From NCBI RefSeq assembly GCF_009914755.1, contig NC_060947.1: 64,000 nt of DNA. One strand, written 5' to 3'. The position numbers and the translations under genes were made by a program. Positions 41,201-59,177 of this stretch are shown here, piece by piece. The notes beneath the pieces are model-generated. The model worked only from the letters and a program-made list of their open reading frames with translations. It did no database searches and had not been told where the DNA came from. The DNA is from the human T2T-CHM13v2.0 reference genome, Homo sapiens. How positions within the stretch are numbered: position 1 is the stretch's first letter; each line of letters opens with the position of its first letter.

Positions 41201-42147
41201 AGTGTGCCCCATAAGTTTCTGAATGAGACTGATTCTCACTACCATTAAGTTAGAAGGGTCTCTCCTACAAACGTGCTTACCCCAAAGAGGGTCCCTTTTC
41301 AGCAGAGTAGCTCTAGAGGGAATCATCACAATGCTTGGTTAGCGTGTTCTGCCCTTTGCTTTTTTGCATGGAAAATTTTAAATGTGAGTGATCCTGGAGC
41401 TTGCAGTCTTGACTGGTTCACTCGTTAGTATCCGAGAGAGATCAGATACTCTGCCCTCCATTCTAAGGCCTAGGGCTATGTTTGACGAAACCAAAATAAT
41501 AGTCCAACGTTTCTTGATTGTCAATTTTCTCCCAGTAATAGTGTTTAAAAAGTAGTGACTAAGTAATCCAAATAATGAGGACAAGATTATTAATAGTTGG
41601 TATTGTTAATGTAAAATGTTAATGATCTTAGAAGTTCTGCAAATTCTCTTATGGAGATGTGTCAATGTACATTTGAAGATGGTGAAATTCAGTAAGGCCA
41701 AGATATCAGAGCTGGGAAATGGAAAGTGTTCATCAAAGGTCTGGGGGTGGCAGTTATTCGCATCCTGTTCTTTATTCTTTCGAGTTAAAATTCAGGCACT
41801 GACAATTCCAGGATAAAAATCTATTTCTCCTTACATATAAATCAGCCATGATTATTCTTAACTAGGAACAGCCAGGGTGTGTGCATAATCATTTAAATTG
41901 AGAGCTGAATAATGGATCTTGATTAGCAATACATTGAAGCAAATGTGGGGGAGAAATTAGAGTGCTTCTCTGTTTGTTTCATGCCTAGAATATATTAACT
42001 TTGGGGAAATGGCCCATTTTTACAGATGAGCTCAGGAAATACTCCATATGATTCAGGATTCTTTTTCCCAAAGTATTATTTCGCAATGCAGACATCAATA
42101 GTGGTGTATTAGCTGAGGTTTAGAAAGGACAAAGATAGATTATTGAA

Positions 42148-42282
42148 ATTTTCTTTTTGTAGGTACAGAGTAGGTTTATATATTTATGGACTGCATGAGA
42201 TATGTTGATACAGGCATGCCATGCATTATAAACACATCATGGAAAATGGAGTATCCATCCCCTCAAGCATGTATCCTTTTTA
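42148..42282 (-). mobile_element. Short L1MA 3' end
   Basis: TTTTTGTAGGTACAGAGTAGG...GATACAGGCATG...ATGGAGTATCCATCCCCTCAAGCAT. Confidence 0.75.
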
Positions 42283-42391
42283 ATTCAGGATACCATTTTC
42301 CTAATATTCTGTAATACTTTATTGTTGGGTTATTTTCAAAGGCTTATTAAGATCTTAACTTACACTCCCATCTTTTGTTTAAATTGATGGC

Positions 42392-42739
42392 TGTATTAGT
42401 CGGTTTTCAAACTGCTATAAAGATATATCTGGGACTGGGTAATTTATAAAGGAAAGAGGCTTAATTGAATCACAGCTCTGCATGGCTGGAGAGGCTGCAG
42501 GAAACTTACAATCATGGTGCAAGGGGAAGCAAGCACATCTTCCATGGTGGCAGGAGAGAGAGGAGCAACAGTAGGGAAACCTGCCTTATAAAACCATCAG
42601 ATCTCATGAAAACTCACTCACTGTCACACTACAGCATGGAGGAAACTGGCCCCATGATCCAATCACCTCCCTCCCTTAACACGTGGGGATTACAATTCGA
42701 GGTGAGATTTGGGTGGGGACACAGAGCCAAGCCATATCC
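42392..42739 (-). mobile_element. MST-type MaLR solo LTR (MSTA-like)
   Basis: TGTATTAGTC...GACTGGGTAATTTATAAAGGAAAGAGG...GAGATTTGGGTGGGGACACAGAGCCAAGCCATATC. Confidence 0.88.
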
Positions 42740-43906
42740 ATGAACGATGGAATAACGTAATTATTTAGAAACAGCAAATTGTGTGGTGTAATGGTATTAC
42801 TTTGCATTGGTTCATTTGGAAAGAACCATCAATGTATGCACTTCAATGAAGATATTAATTGTTCATATATTAATAGTTTCTGGATGCATTTCGTTCATAT
42901 AAATCTTTAGTAGAACTCTATTTGTGGATGAATGTATTTTTTATGGAGTTTAAAGTATATTTATTTTTATATTTAAACTTTATTAGCAACATCCCCCAGA
43001 AAACAGAATATTTCCTACAAATCTGTCCCAGCAGCAGAAAATATGGAGTGTCTTTGTACACATAGAAAGTATGTAAATGTTATGGTGAGATCTTACTAAT
43101 GAAGAATGATGTTTTTATGGCATGACAAGGCAAATATGTAAGAAAAGATAAGAAGATGTTATATGTTTTGTGCCAAATGTGTTAATAATCCTGATGTTAG
43201 ACCACAGAGGAAGAAGATGTCATATGACAGGGTATAGAGAGTTGATAGATATACCTCACTAGAAAAGAAAGGAAGGTTTATTTAGGGGTAGAATAAAGGA
43301 AAGTCTAGGATGCTGCAGAATGAAATCAGCTATTGATGGATGTACTTTAAGGATAGTAGATGATTGTATAGGCATGGGGAAAAAGAGGGAATTAATGATG
43401 CATTAAAGAAAAGTTAAAAATTTTTAAAAATATGAATTAATTTATAGAGTCCCTACTATGTGCTATAAAGAATATTTTTCATTTAAGAGAAACAAATAAG
43501 AAAAATATGAAAAGGAAAATCTATACCCCATGGCTGTAAGAATGCATTAAATTTCACTGATATAGTTCTCCCTTGGGTTTTATGCTGAGAATTCTTAAGG
43601 GAAAAAATCTCATTAATACATTTTGAAAATCTTGCATTATCTATAGTAACTCCTTATAGATTAAATGTTCATGTTTTCTCTTCCTTTTTCACTCTTCTCA
43701 CATCCCAAATTTCTCTCTTTTTTCTGTTAGATGCTATCTCTTCCTGATTGTTGATTTCCGCCTTCATATCCCAAAAGCCCTGCTTCAATCTTCCATTTGA
43801 ATCTTAATTGAATTCACATAAGACTAAGTGAATCTCACATTCACCTTAAGAAACGTCAAAACACTAAAATGTAAAAATGCTAATTACCATGTGATTGTAT
43901 GAGTCA

Positions 43907-44899
<993 letters not shown>

Positions 44900-44950
44900 G
44901 GCCAAATAATATGTGGAATGAGGAGAAAATACATAAGGTATAATTTTTTA

Positions 44951-45252
44951 GGCCAGATGCAGTGGTTCATGTCTGTAATCCCAGTCCTTTGGGAGATGAA
45001 GGTGGGTGGATCGCTTGAGGTAAGGAGTTTGAGACCAACCTGGCCAACATGGTGAAACCCCATCTCTACTAAAAATACAAAAATTAGCTGGGTCTGGTGG
45101 CACATGCCAGTAATCCCAGCTACTCAAGAGGCTGAGGCAGAAGAATCACTTGAACCCAGGAGGCAGATGTTGCAGTGAGCCAAGATTGTGCCACTGCACT
45201 CCAGCCTGGGCAACACAGAGGGACTGTCTCAAAAAAAAAAAAAAAAAAAAAG
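44951..45252 (+). mobile_element. Alu
   Basis: Full dimer with long poly-A; TSD-like AATTTTTTA / AATTTTTTTA. Confidence 0.94.
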
Positions 45253-45949
45253 AATTTTTTTAAGCTAACAAAAAGAACAAGGGAGATAAATTGTCAACAA
45301 ATGAGGATCTCTTCATATGAACTAAATGCAGTAACAAGGCAATTTTCTGTTCCTCATGTTCAAGCAGATGTCTATGACAGGTGGATGTATACACTGACTT
45401 TTCTCCTTGCATAGGTGAAATATAGATGAACTATTGCATAGAGCTGGCTCCCTAGGTGTGTTCAACATTACATGGCATTAATAGTGTTAGGATGTACAGA
45501 TGCCTGTTCTGTGTTGCAATCCTTACATGGGGCTCTGTTTTCTCTTGAAGAAACAACCCTGAGAGCCAGTTAAAAACAGAGCAGCTTTGCCCCAAAAGCA
45601 GCCAGGAAAGCTCTTTGATTTGAGAAAGTCCCACATAAGGTGCACACACACACACTCATACACATTCACTAAAGGAAATTCATGCATCTAAACATTCGCT
45701 GTCCCAGCTAACACCATTATGGCCCTAAATAAACCTTTTTCCATGTCTCCTTCCCCAGGTCCCTGAAACAAAAGGTGAATGACCCCATATAGTTCCCATA
45801 TTTAGGGATGTGCTTTGGTCAATATCAGCATAAATCACTGATTAGCAGAGAGGGATTTGCTTAGAACAAAAGATACATATATTAATTTTAGTTATCTTTT
45901 TGCTTTGAAACATCCTGAGTCCTCCTAAAAATGCATATATAATGAAACC

Positions 45950-46390
45950 CCACTTGTCTATTTTTGCTTTTGTTGCCTGTATTTTTGGTGTCGTATCAAA
46001 GAAATCATTGCCAAGACCAAGGAGCTTTTTTCCCCATGATTTTGTATAGGAGTTTTATAGTTTCAGGTTTTAACGTTTAAGTCTTTAGTCTATTTTTACT
46101 TACTTTTTATGTATGCTGTAAGGTAGGGGTCGAATTCACAATGGCTAAGATATGGAAACTATGCAAATATCCATTTACAGAGAAATGGATAAAGAAAATG
46201 TGACACATACATACAATGTAATGTTATTCAGCCTTAAAAAGGAAGGAAATTCTGACACACGCTGCAACATGGATGAAGCTTGAAGACATTGTGCTAAGTG
46301 CTAAGTGAAATAAGCCAATCACAAAAGAACTAATACTGTATCATTGCACTTATATGAGGTCCTTAGAGTAGTCAAATTCATAGAGACAAT
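45950..46390. mobile_element. L1MB-like element with inverted 5' part (minus strand ~45950-46135, plus strand ~46136-46390)
   Basis: Antisense ORF2 sequence joined to sense 3' UTR (GAAATGGATAAAGAAAATGTG...GAGTAGTCAAATTCATAGAGACA). Confidence 0.7.
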
Positions 46391-46479
46391 TAGGAAGACA
46401 TTGTCCTAAGTGTGAATAATGTCTTATAATTACAATTTTGAATTGGTCGTGGAAAATTCACCAGGGACTCAGATCAGTG

Positions 46480-46936
46480 CTGAAATTCATGGAGTTTTAT
46501 AGATGAGCCTGGGGAGGCAGTGTCTCATTTACATAAAGCCCAAAACATTGGTTGGACAAGGTGTGCCATTTCCATAGCACACAAGAAGCTGGCTGCCCCA
46601 CCCTAACCTTTTATTATGCAGATGAGTTATCTACCTGGCTGGTGCCATGTTGGCTATTCCTTTACTGTACATGTGGTTGACAAAGAAAAGGGAAGATAGA
46701 GCCTCCATATTGAACATGCCTGGCCCTCAGGTAGCTTTTTCCTATTGGCACAGCTTTGGCATTCACCTATGCAAGCTTCCAGCTTGCTTATCTATGTCTG
46801 CAGCTCGATTTTACAGGCTGCTCTTTGTTAGAAAAGAAATGATTTGGGGGTTGCTTTTTGTTAAAAGGGAAGCCTTTATGAGGACTCTCTTACCCTCACT
46901 AACTACCTAAATAATTTCTTTTTAGCTCCTGTATCA
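46480..46936 (-). mobile_element. Truncated ERV1-class LTR, family not assigned
   Basis: Reverse complement begins TGATACAGGAGCTAAAAAGAAATTATTTAGGTAG; other end missing. Confidence 0.65.
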
Positions 46937-47046
46937 ACTTGATCCCAGTAGTTGGAGTCTGCAGTGAGCTATGATCACACCACTGCACTCCAGCCTGAAT
47001 AACAGAGCAAGACTCTATCTCAAAAAATAAATAAAATAAGATAAAA
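46937..47046 (+). mobile_element. Alu right-arm 3' fragment
   Basis: TGCAGTGAGCTATGATCACACCACTGCACTCCAGCCTG...tail. Confidence 0.85.
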
Positions 47047-47726
47047 TATTTTTGGGAGGCACTATTCAGTGCAGCTCACCACCTTTCCTCCTTATTTTGA
47101 TATTAGAAGGGCAAATCTCACCAGCAACCTAAAACAGGTTCCTTGGAAACAGATGCTGGAATAGCAGTGGGCATACATGAGCTTTATGAAGGAGGGCTTG
47201 CAGGAAGGATGCTTAGAACCAAATGCAAGAGGCAGGATTGGGCAGGGCAATAAATGTGATGTAGTTGCATCAGAGGATTCAACTGATACGCACTGAAGTG
47301 TGCTCACAAGAAAGGTTTTCACTTCAAGGTGTGACAAGATGAGGCGAGGGGCCAGATCTTTGAACCACAGCATTGAGCAACTGAGCACTCTTTGGGAGTG
47401 CAAGGAGGCATGAACTTGTTCAAGGCGTCTCCTGGAGAAGAATGCTGTTGTGAGCCATGAGAACCAACACTCCCAGCAGCTGGAGAACTGGATGCTGTAA
47501 TTGAAAAGATGCCTGCAAACCACATTGTTTTGAAATTCAGAGACCCCCAGATCAAGTGCTGGAGAAGTCCAAATATTGAGAATGATATTCATCAATAAAA
47601 CAATAGTGTTCAAAGAAAGTGACATCTTACCTCCAAAATGTAGCCATTGGTAGGAACCACCAAGAGGACATGAAAATTCAGCCAGAAATAGACCATGGGA
47701 AGTTACAGCATTTTATGAAAATCTGA

Positions 47727-48059
<333 letters not shown>

Positions 48060-49906
48060 TAGTTTTAAAATAACATATAAATACCATAAAATACACTCTT
48101 AATATAAGAACAGCACTTTCCTAAGGCAGGCAGATATTGTTTTCATCAGAGTCCTGAAACCTGGTTCTTTTCTACCTGAGAATGCAGAGCTCACTCTTGC
48201 AGTAGGACTCTGTCAAAATAATTTTGCGAAGGCCAAATTTTCCTCCGTTGTCCCTGAATCTGCACTGTGTAGCCAAGCAGAAAATGACATTCCTCTTAGT
48301 TATGAAAATTATTTATCACTATTGCCCAACTCTGGCCCACCAAATTCTTTTCTACTTTAACATTAAGATATGACTTAGGCTCTCTCAAAAATATGTTATT
48401 TCTTTCACTCAATTCCTCCTATAACAGAGTTTATAAACCCATCTCTTATTTCTGAGAAAATGACATATTGTTTTGGTAAGGTCTCAATTGTAATGTATTA
48501 CTCAAAGAAAATCTGGTAACAAAGATACGTTGTAATTTTTAAAAATAAATTTTTGTTATTTACTATTTCCCACCATTAAATATCTAATCATAATTGTGTG
48601 TATGTGTGTATAATTGCGTTCATATATAAAATTATGTATACACAATTTTATATATGTGTATATAAACATATATGTATATATATTACATATATACATTTAT
48701 AAAAAGGTAGTACATAATATACACACAATGATATATGTGGGCATATTTGTTACGTATATAGATAATATGTATATATTTATAATATGTGTGTTTATGATTT
48801 GATAGAATGACTAACGTATCAACTAAAATTTAAATCATAAGAGTTTGACAATGTAAATTAAAAGCTATTATATAACTATGTTTAAAGAAAACACTGGAGA
48901 TGAAATATTACCAAGCAAAACACAAGTTGCATCATCTAAAATTTAGGGGAGGAAATGGAAACCACTTTCAGAGGTTTTAAGTACCACAAAATGTAATGCA
49001 AGAAACTTAGTGCTTAGCTGGAGGGATTAGAGGAAGGAGGCATCAGGAAGTTACCACTAAAACCTCTGGGATTTTGGATTGGGATAGATGACCAGCCAAT
49101 GCGGCTACCTTACCTTAGCTGCCGACCTTCAGCCACCACCGCCGAGCTGGGGACTGGACCCCGACACTCTTAGTCTGGCAGACACAACTGCTTGGAAGTT
49201 GTAGATGGGCCATAAACCACAGAAAATGTCTGGAGAAGGTCTCGTTCATATTTCACACTCCAAGTCTCGAAGGAGTGCAAGAAACTGGGTGGACCTATTT
49301 TTCACTCAGCACCATATCTGGAAAGAATGCAGGTGGAGGTAATGACTAGCTCTTCAGCCTTCACAGTACAGAAAAGCAGCCCAAATGGAGAGAAGAACAA
49401 CCAGTCCATGAACTGTGAGAGGCACAAAAAGGGTGTTCACCTTTTCCTTATAAAGGGAGCCGTCATCAACAGTGCTTTGCACCCATCGTAGGTTGAATCT
49501 TCCATCTCTCTTCTGAACCCCATTATGATGGATTGTAACTCAAGTATAAGTTGAGAAATGAGTACAACATGCTCTCTATAAAATAAATAAGGCAAGGGAC
49601 TAACACAGGCACACACACAAAACACCAAATGAGAAAGAACACACGCGCAATGACTCTAGCGCTAACATTTGCAATTGCTTCCCTACACCATGCCACCACT
49701 GCTGCCATGGCTCCTGCCCTCAGGGTCTTCCGCTGGTGGTCTGACCTCAGGTGGAATGCCTGAGCAATCACAAGCCCTGGAGGATCTGCTTGCATTGTGT
49801 CGTTCTAAGCTTTCATTTGCTTTTTCACTAGGTGTGGCAGCATCAGGGGTTTCTGTAGTAGCAGCTGTGCTTCTTTGGAATAATTAGTGCAGGGTGCTCC
49901 TGCCTG

Positions 49907-50598
49907 TATCGCTCTACCAGTCAGGGTTCTCCAGAGAAAAAGAATCTATAGGATATATCTATGGATATGTCATCTATCTGTATCTATCTCTCCATCTCTA
50001 TCTATCTATATCTATCTTTCTATCTAATCAATCTATCATCTATCTTATCTATCCATCCATCAATCTATCTATCCATTTATCTATCTCTCTATACGTTTAT
50101 CTAGGTATCTATGAATCTATGTATCCATCTATTCATCTATCTATCTATCATCTATCTGTCTATCTATCTATCATCTGTCTACTTAACCTATGTATCTGTC
50201 CATGTATTCATCCATCCATCCATCCATCCATTGATCTTTCTGTTATTTATCTATCTCTATAAAATTTCATGGAGTACATGATACAACTTCTGTGGCTGGC
50301 AAGTCTCAAAGATGCAGGGCAAGCTGCCAGCTCTTGGGCTGGAGCTGCTATTACAGTCTTGGACCAGAATTTCTCCATTCTCAGGGAAACATTAGTGTGT
50401 CCTTCTAAGCTGTTTTAACTGACTAGATGAGGCCCACTCACATTACCTAGGATAATTTGCTTGACCTTGACTTAAAGTCAGCTGATTGTGGGTGCAAACC
50501 ACACACAAAATAACGTCAGTGCAAAACTTATATCAGTGTTTGATGGGATAGTGTGTGTATAAAACCTAGGCAAGTGGACGCAGAAAACTAACCATGCA
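49907..50598 (-). mobile_element. MLT2-type LTR containing a (TCTA/TCCA)n expansion (~49965-50260)
   Basis: AGTCAGGGTTCTCCAGAGAAA start; ends ...GGCAAGTGGACGCAGAAAACTAACCATGCA. Confidence 0.7.
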
Positions 50599-51538
50599 AT
50601 GACCCAACGCAGTAACCTTTCTCCCTTTATTACATTTGGCCAATAACGTGAGCAACTTGAAATCATGGAGACTTCCAGTTTAATATGACTGTTTCGGTGC
50701 CCATGGTGGAGAAATTTTTTAAGTTCTACATACTTGTTTTTATTTTCAAACCTGCTTCTACTTATTCTATTTTATACCACCAGCATTATAGATACACATT
50801 TTCAAACAGAAATTATGTTGTTACAGCTAGGTATGGTTGTATGATATTTTAATTGGTTCACATAAGAATCACCTAGTATAAAAAGAAAATTACTCATTTA
50901 AAAAAACTTCATTTTGCCAAATCTTTCACTATGTTAATTCTGAATAAGTAAGATAAGCAAAAGCTTCACTCAAAAAAGAAAAAAAATCTTTAGCAGATTG
51001 TCCAGCTGCTAGTTGATGTTTATTGATAAAACATAATCATCAATAATAGCAAAACATTTATTTTAATCTTTAATTTCTTAAAGAGAAAAAAATGACATTC
51101 TACAAAATTCTTGCAGGTATAGACATTCTAAAACACTAAAAGATATATTGTGTGTATTTTTATTTGTTCTAGAAAATAGTCAATCATTTTCACATTTTCA
51201 CCTTTTCCTTTTAAAAAAAATAAGTCCTCATTTCTTTCCATCAAACTGAATCATTTTTTCATGAGACCCAGCTTGAAAATTGTAGGGGAAGGACCCGTTT
51301 TAGTGGATTTAGAAGAACATTCTATTGCACTCAAAAAATAATTTATACCTTGCTGAGAAATAGCTGTGGGATGAAAATACTATCCATTAAATTTTTGTAC
51401 TATTACAAGTCCAAATAAATGGAAAAAATAAATGCTTCACTTGTATTTCATGAAACGTGTGCAAGTACCTTTGCCTAAGTTAGAACATCAGTCTGATACT
51501 GGAGGCAGTAAAGTAAAACATTGCCAAACAAAAGTTCA

Positions 51539-51850
<312 letters not shown>

Positions 51851-52481
51851 GTAGTTATGTGAAAGTACAAAATGTCTATATAAAATTATGAAATACACAA
51901 TGCCCAATCAATACTGTTACCTCACGAACCCTACTAAACATTAATCATGTTATTTCAGTCATTTTAGCATCAGTAAATAAAATTCTAAAACTGCTTTTAT
52001 TCATCTACATGTTATCCAGCAAGTTAAAAACAAAGCCTTGAATTATTTATTTAACAATTAGATGAGAAAACTAACATGACATGTTTACAGTCCAGAATAA
52101 CTAAACAAATCAGCACAATTCTAAAAATATTTTGATTGAAATTTGTGCATTTTATTTCTTTAAAAAGTAAAACTGTTATTTCAAATTGTAAAAAAATTAA
52201 TTCACTGATTCTCAGCCTGCTTTAAGTTAGCAATACCTATTTCTATGAATATTACATGTTTTTTCCAAATTTACCTAGCTGTTATTTTAAGACCAGTTTC
52301 TCCTACGTATAAATATTTTTCTACTCGTCTCTACCAGATGATTCCTCAATTTAAGTTTAGGATTTATACCATTAAAAATATTATAAATAACACAGCAATA
52401 GAACATACCAATCTAAGTATTCAGAAATGTTTGTGGAAGTTAAAGGAAAAGTTAGCCAAAAAATACTAAGACTTCCTTCTG

Positions 52482-52513
<32 letters not shown>

Positions 52514-53073
52514 GTTTGTTTGTTTGTTTGTTTTACCAGCAGTTGTTTCCCCTCGGCTTAATCAAGGTTATATTTGAATTGGTTCTAACCACCGCCACCA
52601 GAGCCAGAACAATAACAAGAAACTACTTCCAACTGAACAGAAAGTAAAAGCTCAATTTATTTAGCAAGGCTTTCTCTCTACTTCTCTTTTTGTTCTGCTT
52701 CTCTCTCCTTCTTCTTTCTCTTTCTTCCTCTGTGTTTCTGCTTCTCTCTTTAACTATTCCTTCCCTTCTCTAATTTTTGGTCAAATATATTTGTGAACAC
52801 TTCCCCCTTCAAAATCTTCTCCGATTGAAAACCCTGAAGTGGCTCTCCCATGTTGAAATGGCTGCAAGATACTGGCACATAAAAGGAGAAGTTACGATCT
52901 TCCTAAAATAGGTAATGACACTTCGCACTTCATTTGATACATAAACATTGCTGAAACTTGGTATTGTAAACACTGTAGTTAATATATTATAAAATAGAGA
53001 GTGTTAAAATGACACTCAAGATCTCCAGTTATTTGAACAAATGACCACAAATGTTGTCCTGGTTTTAATGTAA

Positions 53074-53291
53074 CAGCACATCTCGACTGGTGTAAAATCT
53101 GTCCCACAGGGGATGTTTGGCAATGTCTTCAGGCATTTTTGGGTGTCACAATTGGGGAAATTAGGTGCTATTGGCATCTGGTAGGTTGAGTCCAGGGATG
53201 CCACAAAACATCCTGCAATACACAAGACAGCCCCCACCACAAAGATGTATCAAATCCCAAATGTCAACAGTGCTAAGATTGGCAAACCTTC
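53074..53291. mobile_element. MER20 (hAT-Charlie) DNA transposon
   Basis: TTTGGCAATGTC...GTCACAATTGGGG...GCTATTGGCATCTGGTAGGTTGAG..CAGGGATGC...AAATGTCAACAGTGCTAAGATTG. Confidence 0.8.
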
Positions 53292-53514
53292 ATCCAAATA
53301 AAGGATTAGAACGAGTTATACCAATCTGTATCACTTAATGTGAACATTTTAACGTGACTTCATAATACCTTTTCATTATCCATCGATTACTTGACATTTA
53401 TAGGCTTTTAAGCATGTTCATTTTATTTCATTAAATGTTCATTTTCTAGGGCCTCTCCTTCTACAAAGAAGACATTGACACTTCCAAGGAAAGTCTGAAG
53501 GTGCCTAAGGGAAG

Positions 53515-53965
53515 TTTCGATCGTTAATTTTATGTGTCAACATGACTAGGCAAGGGGAGACCCAGGTAGATGGTGAGACATTATTTCTGAGTGTTTCTGT
53601 GAGTGAGTTTCAGGAAGCGATTAGCATTGGAATCTGTAGACTGAGTAGAGAAGATCCAATGTCACCAATGTGGGTGGGTATGATTTAATTCATTGAGGTC
53701 CAGAATAGAAGAAAAAGCTGGAGAAACAGTGAATTTGCTCTCTCTTCTTGAGCTAGGACATTCATCCTTTCCTGACCATGGACATGTGAGCTCTTGGTTT
53801 GCAGGCCTCCAGACTCAGGCTAAATGACATCGATGGCTTCCTTTCAGCTCACAGATGGGAGATTGTGGGACGTCTTGGTCATCATAATAGTGTGAGCCAA
53901 TTCCCATAGTAAATCTCCTCTTATATGTCTCTACATATCCTGTTACTTCTGTTTCTCTGGAGACA
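53515..53965 (+). mobile_element. MLT2-type LTR
   Basis: GTTAATTTTATGTGTCAAC...GAAGATCC...TGTGAGCCAATTCCC...TTCTGTTTCTCTGGAGA. Confidence 0.8.
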
Positions 53966-53968
53966 TCA

Positions 53969-54355
<387 letters not shown>

Positions 54356-54917
54356 CTATTCATCTTCACTCTGGGTCTTGTTCTTTCTCCCATGTTATAA
54401 AACTGTGTAGAAGGGATGTGCTTTAGTATGGTTTGTAATGAGAGGGACCTCCCTCTACAGCTTATCCATATTTCTAACTTTGTTCCAGCCCCCAGGAAAA
54501 AATTGACTGGAGTCTCTTCATTCGTCTCCATCTGAAGTGATGAATTTTGTTAAAAACCATGAAACCGAAGAACAACCCAAATCAAATCTAGAACTGCTGG
54601 TCTAGGCTTTGCTTGAAGTGTCCAACATTTTCTCATTCTTCTTGGGACCAACTCTCTCATGTGAGAGGCTGCCCAGGATTTTCAAGAGGATGTGTTCATT
54701 GACAATCAATGGTTTTTATTTTTTATATGTCCCTAAGAAGTTAATTGGAAAACAATTTCTGACATTTTTGTCCACAGTGAGAGATTCAAGGTTTTAGCCA
54801 GTTTTCGTATGTCAAAAAAGGAGTGTTTGTGATTTTTGAGTGTGTTTACACATCTCTTTGTAAAATATAAAACTAAAAAAAACCTACCATTAGCAACAAT
54901 ACAATTACCATTTATAA

Positions 54918-55229
<312 letters not shown>

Positions 55230-55471
55230 CTATGACTGCTGTAACAAATTACCACAAATAAGGTAGCCTAAAATGACATAATTCTATTATCTTCCAGTTC
55301 TGAAAGTCCAAGTCCAACTTGGGTTTCTCTAGGCTAAAAGCTAGATGCAACAGGGCTGTGTTTTCTTCTGTAGTCTGTAGAAGTCAATCGATTCTCTGAC
55401 CTTTTCCACAGAGGCCAGTTTCTCTCTGGTCCTTGGACGTAGCCTCCTATTCTCAGAACCAGTGCAGGGAC

Positions 55472-55848
55472 TGATACGGCTTCACTGTGTTGCCACCCAA
55501 ATCTCATCTTGAATTGTCGTTCCCATAATCCCCATGTGGTGGCAGGAGCCTGGTGGTAGGTAATTGAATCATAGGGGCAATTACCCCCATGCTGCTGTTC
55601 TGGAGAAAGTGAGTGAGTTCTCATGAGATCTGATGGCTTTCTAGGGGGCCTTTCCCCCTTTTGCTCAACACTTCTCCTTGCTGCCTCCATGTGAAAAAGG
55701 ACTTATTTGCTTCCCCTTCCACCATGACTGTAAGTTTCCTGAGGCCTCCCCAGCCATGGGGAACTGTGAGTCAATTAAACCTCTTTCCTTTATAAATTAC
55801 CCAGTCTCAGGTATGTCTTTATTAGCAGCCTGAGAACAGACTAATACA
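55472..55848 (+). mobile_element. THE1 (C/D-like) solo LTR
   Basis: TGATACGG...CACCCAAATCTCATCTTGAATTG...GACTAATACA; perfect TSD GGGAC (55467-55471 / 55849-55853). Confidence 0.92.
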
Positions 55849-55930
55849 GGGACATGGAGTTCTTCTTCAAATGCCATCTCACACACTCTTTTCTGCCTCC
55901 CTTTTCTGCTTTTAAGAACTCATGTGATTA

Positions 55931-56257
<327 letters not shown>

Positions 56258-56564
56258 TCACCCCAATAATTCCACGAAAACCAGTCCACCTCAAAATCCT
56301 TAATCTAATTCCATTTGCAAAATCCCTTCTGCCGTGTAAATTTACACATCCATAGGTTCCAGGGATTGGGATGTGCACATGTTTTTTTCTTTCTTTTTTT
56401 TTTTTTGTAGAGTGGTTTTATTCTACCTACCACATCACCCAAAATATATTTTATGCTAAACAAGAACATACATATAACACATTGGTTAAAATTAAAGAAC
56501 ACATTGTTTGTTCTGGGGAGGTGAACGCAGGGAGAAAAATTGTAAAATATAATTTTAAAATACT

Positions 56565-57230
56565 CTTCTATTTATTCAGCAATTTTCTTTTATTATTAAC
56601 AATGAGCTAGATCATTTTTAGGGTACTTGAGATACAGTAGTGCCTAAAAGAGGCCAGCATTCCTGCCTTGACAGAGATTTTATTCTATTGTGGAAACTGA
56701 CAGGACATTAAATAAATGAGTAATGTGTGTAGTTCTTTAGATGTGGGAAAATGCAATGGGGAAGTGTGTGGTAGGAGATGGAGCTGCACACAGTGTGTGT
56801 GTGTGGTTCACTTTTTAAAAATCATGGGCGACAGATTACTGTCCAGGTGATAATTGCACAAAAATTAGAATAACCAAACCCCCTGGGAAGACAGAGTACC
56901 ATGAAAATGAAATTGCAAAAGAGAAACCATGCTTGGTAATTTTCTGGAAGAGCAATAAGATCAGTATAACAACAGCTGAATTAAATAAGTGGGAAATTGG
57001 TAGGGTCAGCTATTGGATAAGCAAGGGGGATACCAGATCATGGTGGGCTACGTCATTTTCAGCATTTTGACCTTTATTCTGAGTAGGAGGTAGAAACTGG
57101 ATAATTTCAGCAGAGGAGTCACATGAAGTCACATATTTTATTAGGAATCTTCTGGGTGCTATGTTAGGACTAAAGTGTTGAGAAGTAGAAAGACCAGTTG
57201 GAAAGTGGCTTTCAAGTTCCAGGTGAGAAG
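56565..57230 (-). mobile_element. L2 fragment
   Basis: TTTATTCAGCAA...GGTACTTGAGATACAGTAGTG...CCAGATCATG...CAGCAGAGGAGTCACATGA...TCCAGGTGAGA degenerate L2 motifs. Confidence 0.55.
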
Positions 57231-57360
57231 ATATGCTTATTTTGAATTCAAAAGAAGAGATTCACATAATTAATTTCTATTACAGGTAATTATTATTATT
57301 ATTACTATTCAAAATATAATTAAAGCTCATTTTAAGAACATACTCAAGAAGTCTGAAAAT

Positions 57361-57640
57361 TGTAATTCCAGTATTTGGGGAGGCTGAGGCAGGAGGATAG
57401 CTTGAGGCCAGGAGTTTGATAGCAACCTGGGCAAAATAACAAAACCCCATCTCTATAAAAAATACAACAATTAGCCAGGCGTGGTGGTACATGCCTGTAG
57501 ACCCAGCTATTTGGGAGGCTGAGCTGGAAGGATGGCTTGAGCCCCAGGAGGCTGAGGCTGCAGTGAGCTAGAATTGTACCTCTGCACTCCAGTCTGGGTG
57601 ACAGAGCAAGATCCCATCTCTTAAGAAACAACAAAAAAAG
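57361..57640 (+). mobile_element. AluJ-like, 5'-truncated
   Basis: TGTAATTCCAG... through A-rich tail. Confidence 0.88.
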
Positions 57641-57849
57641 AAGTCTGCAATTATCTGCTACTCATGAGAAAAAAGAGGACAACATTGAAGTGAAAAGGAT
57701 TGAAATGGGAGATTCAACTGGACTTGGACAAGAAGATGTAGAAAAGCAACTGTTCTTGATATTTTAAAATATATTGTTTCATGCGCTGATGAAATCATTG
57801 GCTCGGCTGTGGATACTCATCAAAATTTCACATAAAAATTTGGGTTGGA

Positions 57850-59177
<1,328 letters not shown>

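Noticed and set aside
47092-47625. 177-aa minus-strand ORF, the longest in the track
   Set aside because: No recognisable domain; appears to overlap a degenerate old LTR-like repeat, and an ORF this long can occur by chance.
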